DNA of 11,480 nucleotides from Pseudomonadota bacterium (GTDB lineage: Bacteria; Desulfobacterota; Desulfobacteria; Desulfobacterales; RPRI01), in assembly GCA_043825875.1 (NCBI GenBank), contig JBDRRF010000087.1, forward strand, positions 1 through 11,480, in the 5' to 3' direction. Shown here piece after piece: positions 6,862 through 11,480 of the stretch. Below the pieces are notes generated by a model that saw only the letters and a list, made by a program, of their open reading frames with translations, searched no databases and was not told the DNA's origin. Made by a program: the position numbers and the translations under genes. Every line of letters starts with the position of its first letter. Position 1 is the first letter of the stretch.

Positions 6862-7806
6862 ATGCCGGCGAAATTGATAAAGGGAACGGAAATCCGTGAA
6901 CAGATACTTGAAGAAATTACAAAAGAGGTTGCTGAAATAAAGGGAAAACATGGTGTTGTTCCTGGTTTGGTTACAATTTTAGTTGGTGCAAATCCAGCTT
7001 CTATTTCTTATGTAACTTTAAAAATTAAAACCGCTCATCGTGTAGGTTTTAATGAAATGATGCCGGGCACACCTATTGATGAATCTAATCCGGATCTAAA
7101 AAGTCTTCCCGTCGATATATCGGAAGCAGATCTGTTGGCAACCATCGAAAAATATAATAAAGATGATTCCGTTAACGGCATTCTCGTGCAATTGCCTCTT
7201 CCCAAGCATATTAATGAAAAACTAGTTTTAAATGCCATAGATCCTGACAAAGATGTTGATGGTTTTCATCCCGTAAATGTGGGACGTTTAATGATTGGCG
7301 GTTCAGAGGTTAAGTTTGCTCCATGTACGCCTGCAGGAATACAGGAAATGATCGTTCGTGCCGGTGTTGAAACAAGCGGTGCCGAAGTTGTTGTTGTAGG
7401 ACGTTCAAATATAGTTGGAAAACCCATCGCAAATATGATGCTCCAGAAAGGTCCCGGCGCAAATTCAACGGTAACTATCGTTCATACAAGAACAAAAGAT
7501 ATGGCTTCGCATTGCAAACGCGCAGACATTCTTATTGTTGCAGCCGGTGTTCCCGATCTTGTTAAGCCTGAATGGATTAAACCGGGCGCCTGTGTTATTG
7601 ATGTTGGAGTAAACAGGGTCGGCGAAAAAGTCAGCGAAAAAACGGGCAAAAAAGTAGCTATATTAAAAGGTGATGTAAATTTTGATGCAGCAAAAGAAAT
7701 AGCAGGATTTATCACACCGGTTCCGGGAGGAGTCGGACCCATGACAATTACAATGCTTATGAAAAACACTTTACAATCTTTAAAGTTTAAGCTTGGAATT
7801 GCCTGA
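6862..7806 (+). CDS. folD: Bifunctional methylenetetrahydrofolate dehydrogenase/cyclohydrolase
   Basis: Y50xxxK54, GILVQLPLP, KDVDGFHP.N, PCTPAG, VVGRSNIVGKP, VIDVG.NR, GDV, TPVPGGVGPMT. SD AAGGAG. Confidence 0.97.
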   Translation: MPAKLIKGTEIREQILEEITKEVAEIKGKHGVVPGLVTILVGANPASISYVTLKIKTAHRVGFNEMMPGTPIDESNPDLKSLPVDISEADLLATIEKYNKDDSVNGILVQLPLPKHINEKLVLNAIDPDKDVDGFHPVNVGRLMIGGSEVKFAPCTPAGIQEMIVRAGVETSGAEVVVVGRSNIVGKPIANMMLQKGPGANSTVTIVHTRTKDMASHCKRADILIVAAGVPDLVKPEWIKPGACVIDVGVNRVGEKVSEKTGKKVAILKGDVNFDAAKEIAGFITPVPGGVGPMTITMLMKNTLQSLKFKLGIA

Positions 7807-7818
7807 TATGTTTAAATA

Positions 7819-7857
7819 GAAGAGGGGGGGAAATATCTTTCTCCCCCCTCTTTTTTT
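7819..7857. terminator. Intrinsic terminator between convergent folD and helicase, probably bidirectional
   Basis: AGAGGGGGGGAAA-TATC-TTTCTCCCCCCTCT stem followed by a T run on + (7851-7857). U-rich tail TCTATTT on the minus strand. Confidence 0.85.
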
Positions 7858-7876
7858 AACTATAATTTATCAGTTC

Positions 7877-9088
7877 TCACCTAACATGCCTCTTGTTACC
7901 TATTTTATTCCGTGTTCTCAAAGATGAAGGCACGGCCCTCCCTTTATTTGCTTTTTGAGGAGCAGGCGTATTATAGTCGAAATCCGCCAAGGTACGGCGC
8001 TCAACTTTTGAACCAATAACACGATCAATGGCATTTACCATTTGCTTGTCATCGCTTGTAATTAAAGTGAATGCATCTCCGTTTTGTTCCGCCCGCCCTG
8101 TCCTGCCGATACGATGAATATACGCATCCGGGGTATCAGGAATATCGTAATTGATAACGTGAGAAATCTTACATACATCAATGCCGCGCGCAGCAATATC
8201 TGTGGCTACCAAAACTTGAAAGGTTCCTTTGCGGAAGCCGTCAAGAGCGGCCTGACGACGGCCCTGTGAAAGATTCCCCTGTAGCGATGTGGAACTAATA
8301 CCGGCCCTGGTAAGTTGTTCATCCAGGTGCTTGGCACGGTGTTTGGTACGCGTGAACACCAGCACGGATTTGGAGTTGATATTGCCCAAAAGTTTCAGTA
8401 AAAACGCTGTTTTTAAATGCTGCTCCACAGGATAATGGGCGTGACTGACGGTATCTGCCGGCGCGGTTTCCCCTATCTTTATTGTTATCGGGTCATTAAG
8501 AATGTCTTTAGCCAGGCCGTGAATTTCATTGGGCATGGTGGCTGAAAACAAAAGCGTTTGCCGCTGTGCAGGAAGATGTTTTAATATTCGTCGGATGTCC
8601 GGAAGAAATCCCATATCAAACATATGATCGGCTTCATCAATGACAAGTACTTCTACCCGGTTGAGTTTGATCGTTCCACGGTTTATGTGGTCAAGGAGCC
8701 TGCCTGGGCAGGCAACAACAATCTCTGCACCCTGGTTCAGTTTTTTTATTTGAGTATTTATATTCACTCCGCCATAGATGCTAACACTTCTGATGCGGGT
8801 CTTATTCCCCAGACAATTGATGGTATCATGAATCTGTTCAGCTAATTCCCTGGTAGGAGTAATAATCAGGGAACGAACACCACCACGTTTGCCTTGCATT
8901 AACCGGTTTAAAATCGGCAGCGCGAAAGCCGCCGTCTTGCCGGTACCGGTCTGGGCCAGGCCTATAATGTCGCGTCCTTTCGTAACATACGGGATCGCTT
9001 TGGTCTGGATAGGGGTTGGTGTGACATACCCGGCAGTGGCTATACCTGCTTCAAGGCCGGGGTTTAAATTAAATGCTTTAAATTCCAT
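7877..9088 (-). CDS. rhlE: DEAD-box ATP-dependent RNA helicase, RhlE-like, 403 aa
   Basis: Q motif GY..PTPIQ, AQTGTGKT, PTRELA, CPGRLLD, DEAD, SAT, ATDIAARGID, HRIGRTGR, short basic tail. SD AAGGA. Subfamily assignment is less certain than the DEAD-box call. Confidence 0.9.
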   Translation of the reverse strand: MEFKAFNLNPGLEAGIATAGYVTPTPIQTKAIPYVTKGRDIIGLAQTGTGKTAAFALPILNRLMQGKRGGVRSLIITPTRELAEQIHDTINCLGNKTRIRSVSIYGGVNINTQIKKLNQGAEIVVACPGRLLDHINRGTIKLNRVEVLVIDEADHMFDMGFLPDIRRILKHLPAQRQTLLFSATMPNEIHGLAKDILNDPITIKIGETAPADTVSHAHYPVEQHLKTAFLLKLLGNINSKSVLVFTRTKHRAKHLDEQLTRAGISSTSLQGNLSQGRRQAALDGFRKGTFQVLVATDIAARGIDVCKISHVINYDIPDTPDAYIHRIGRTGRAEQNGDAFTLITSDDKQMVNAIDRVIGSKVERRTLADFDYNTPAPQKANKGRAVPSSLRTRNKIGNKRHVR

Positions 9089-9246
9089 AAATTCCTTTTA
9101 TATTGAACCGATCTCAAATATAGTAATTGATTACACCGCTTTAAGGACTCACAGGATATCAATATAAATAGAGACAAACTTAAGCAGGTGTTTAAAGTAG
9201 TAAAATGATAGGATCGATAAGGAGGCTTTGAGACCGGCTATGTATT

Positions 9247-9280
9247 AAAATTAAAAAGCCCCGAACTTTTTCCAGGGCTT
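9247..9280 (-). terminator. Intrinsic terminator or attenuator hairpin upstream of the helicase
   Basis: Minus-strand RNA AAGCCCUGGA-AAAAG-UUCGGGGCUU forms a 10-bp stem with two G-U pairs, followed by UUUAAUUUU. Confidence 0.65.
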
Positions 9281-9332
9281 AAGATATCGACTTTTTCATC
9301 TTTTCATCCAAGAACAGCAATTATTGTATGAC

Positions 9333-9362
9333 ACTTTATCCCGGTATGTTCTCGATTGTCAA
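9333..9362 (-). promoter_or_regulatory. Candidate sigma70 promoter for the helicase leader
   Basis: TTGACA (9362-9357), 18-nt spacer, TAAAGT (9338-9333) on the minus strand. Confidence 0.4.
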
Positions 9363-9422
9363 CTAAAATCAAAAATATAGCAATGATATAGAGACAAAGA
9401 AGCTTCAATTTTAACAAGATAT

Positions 9423-11072
9423 TTAGTCGCTTTCCATAGCAAGCTCAGAAGAAAATAGTGAAAACGTATTCTTCCCTCTGCGTTTGGAATGATACATGGC
9501 AATATCAGCTTGCCTGAGCAACTCTTCACCATCTTCGCTGTTAATGGGAAACAGACTGATACCAATACTGGCTCCAATACTGGCATTGCCTTGTGACAAT
9601 GTTATTGGCTTAGACAGCGTAAGAATAATATTGCCGGCAGCTACATGGACTCCGTTATCGGTTTTCAAATGATCGATAATTACAGCGAATTCATCACCGC
9701 CTAAGCGCGCCACGGTATCGGATTCTCTAGCACATTGCCTTAACCGGTCGGCAACTTCACATAGCAAGGCATCACCAGCTTCATGTCCCAGAGAATCATT
9801 AATTTTTTTGAAACCGTCCAGATCTATATACAAGAGTCCGAATCGGGTTTTATATCTCCTGCTTTGTTTTATAACACTATCAAGCCTGTCATAAAACAGA
9901 CGCCGGTTAGGCAGGTCAGTCAGAACATCATATAGAGCCATGGTCTTCATTCGATCCTGGGATATCCGCCTCTTGGTAATGGCAAAAGCCAGAAACCAGG
10001 AGCCTGAGGCAATGATAAGAAATATTCCAGCCCCGAACCCAAAAAATTTCATCATTAAATGTGCAGCAACCTTATCGAATGTTTCTTTTGGAGTAAAAGC
10101 AACAAGATGCCAGTAATAATTCCTGTGGTTGATTTTTGCCTGACTTTCTCCAAAGGACTCTTTTGTCCCACTGCTAAAGAAATGCCCTTTCTTTATCGGA
10201 TATATAACCCTATAAGTAAATAAACCGTCGGGAGTAAGGATCTGTCCACTCTTTTGACGCTTTATCTCCTTCCAGGGATCAGGATACAGATAGGAAAAAG
10301 AACGCTTTTCGTCTTTAAACATGAATCCCCATTCCTGATTGGGATCAGGGCTGAGCAGCCAGTAGCCGTCTGCATTGAGTAGCATTGTCCGGCCCAGTGA
10401 AACCTGTTCCGAATCTATCAATTTCTTGAGCAGATCAGAGCCCAGATAGTTTAGCAAAACTATACCACGCTTTAAACCTTTCGAATCAAAAGCCGGCGTT
10501 CCTATCCTGATCATGGGCTTTAAAGGCTGTTCGATCTGTTGATGTTCTATATTAAGATCAAAAGGCGAGATAAAGACTTCTCCCTGTTCAAGCTGATAGC
10601 AATCCTTGAAATAATAGCGCTTTTGCTTGGACTGTAATTTATCCGAAACAATTCGGATAGGATTTCCCTGATTAAAATTAACCCGGACCTTTTCCATCCC
10701 ATTTTGATCAAGAAAACGAATTTGATCATAGATTTTTTTCTCAGTACTAAGGTTTAAATACTCATTGGCAATTTCGTCCAGGCGGGTAGGATTGCCTTCT
10801 GCCAGATATTCTTGCAGCTCATTCTGACGGCTTAAAAAAAACAAATCCCCGACAATGGAATCAAAAAGATTTTCGACAGCTTTACTCTGCAGGTTAACCG
10901 AAAATTTCTCTTGGGTTTTAAGCTGTGACAGGCGAGTTTTTATTTCCGAACGGTAAAAGATCATCATCAAGCCGCTTATTACTGCTCCGGTAAGCATGAA
11001 GATACTGAAAAAGAGGTAAAGACTGCGGCGAAAAACATTGGCTGATGAATTCTGCTGTTTCGTTTCAGACAT
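9423..11072 (-). CDS. Membrane-bound diguanylate cyclase with periplasmic dCache-like sensor, 549 aa
   Basis: Two hydrophobic TM segments flank YDQIRFLD..G.EKVRVN..LQSK..RYYF..VFISPFDLNIE. YDVLTDLPNRRLF, DLDGFKKINDSLGH.AGD, intact GGDEF and I-site RESD five residues before it. Confidence 0.93.
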   Translation of the reverse strand: MSETKQQNSSANVFRRSLYLFFSIFMLTGAVISGLMMIFYRSEIKTRLSQLKTQEKFSVNLQSKAVENLFDSIVGDLFFLSRQNELQEYLAEGNPTRLDEIANEYLNLSTEKKIYDQIRFLDQNGMEKVRVNFNQGNPIRIVSDKLQSKQKRYYFKDCYQLEQGEVFISPFDLNIEHQQIEQPLKPMIRIGTPAFDSKGLKRGIVLLNYLGSDLLKKLIDSEQVSLGRTMLLNADGYWLLSPDPNQEWGFMFKDEKRSFSYLYPDPWKEIKRQKSGQILTPDGLFTYRVIYPIKKGHFFSSGTKESFGESQAKINHRNYYWHLVAFTPKETFDKVAAHLMMKFFGFGAGIFLIIASGSWFLAFAITKRRISQDRMKTMALYDVLTDLPNRRLFYDRLDSVIKQSRRYKTRFGLLYIDLDGFKKINDSLGHEAGDALLCEVADRLRQCARESDTVARLGGDEFAVIIDHLKTDNGVHVAAGNIILTLSKPITLSQGNASIGASIGISLFPINSEDGEELLRQADIAMYHSKRRGKNTFSLFSSELAMESD

Positions 11073-11221
11073 AACAATCCTTTCAATACAGCCAGAAGAA
11101 TAACAGATAATTCCTGCGAACCGGTAAAGATATCCAAGCCCTATATTAGTATGTAGGCCAGGGTATAAGTTTAGATTTATTGAGTGTTTCCATATATATG
11201 AAACTTAATAATGTGATTATT

Positions 11222-11250
11222 AAATTAACAAAAGCATTGTGGGAAAGCAA
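11222..11250 (-). promoter_or_regulatory. Candidate sigma70 promoter for the diguanylate cyclase
   Basis: TTGCTT (11250-11245), 17-nt spacer, TAATTT (11227-11222) with an extended -10 TG. AT-rich background makes a chance match possible. Confidence 0.3.
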
Positions 11251-11304
11251 GAATAACTTCATAAAGATTTCTCTTGAGGCAGAGCAAAACAAAATCAACA
11301 CTGG

Positions 11305-11340
11305 TGAGCTAATTTCAAAACATTTCAGTTTGGTTAAGCT
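11305..11340 (-). repeat. Decayed partial copy (one end) of the 1348-1491 element, inverted relative to it
   Basis: TGAGCTAATTTCAAAACATTTCAGTTTGGTTAAGCT matches the reverse complement of 1456-1491 at 32/36 positions. Confidence 0.8.
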
Positions 11341-11480
11341 ATAGTAAACGCATTAAATGTTGCAGCATAATGATTCTAAGTTTTTGTTAGGTTTTGAATG
11401 CTCTTTTAAATATGAAATTATCGCATTTTCAAGTGAGTCAAGTGTTTCGAAATAGACATTGTGCGTTACCCGGTACCGTA

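Noticed and set aside
7035..10729. Short ORFs 7035..7250, 7482..7769, 8084..8269, 8624..8845, 8889..9167, 9359..9586 and 10547..10729
   Set aside because: All are antisense or out-of-frame shadows of folD, the helicase or the GGDEF gene.
11198..11344. Plus-strand 48-aa ORF MKLNNVIIK...
   Set aside because: No SD, and its C-terminus is read from the repeat remnant.
1..11480. CRISPR array, tRNA/rRNA, prophage or transposase
   Set aside because: No regularly spaced repeats, RNA-gene signatures, integrase, structural phage genes or transposase ORFs were seen.

Overview
AT-rich bacterial chromosomal segment, probably from an anaerobic deltaproteobacterium (Desulfobacterota-like; inferred from gene style only). 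The left half is a minus-strand run of five genes: radical SAM protein, PAS-HisKA-HATPase-REC hybrid kinase, CbbQ/NirQ/NorQ AAA+ ATPase with no vWA partner in the window, a small phage-ABA-sandwich-like protein, and a cpYpsA (SLOG)-DUF6794-like protein. The last two overlap by 8 bp and both end in SspB-XB-like tails (FTVIKG..., LRVIK-stop). Housekeeping argC and folD follow on the plus strand. They converge at a GC-rich terminator with a minus-strand RhlE-type DEAD-box helicase, which is preceded by a membrane Cache-GGDEF diguanylate cyclase. Non-coding structure includes a 144-bp MITE-like rod hairpin (1348-1491) with a decayed inverted partial copy at 11305-11340, a perfect FNR-type box upstream of the NorQ-like gene, a candidate sigma54 promoter, and a terminator/attenuator hairpin upstream of the helicase. 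The best candidate for an undescribed system is the NorQ-like / ABA-sandwich / divergent SLOG cluster (144-2379). Family assignments come from motif recognition by eye; no searches were run.
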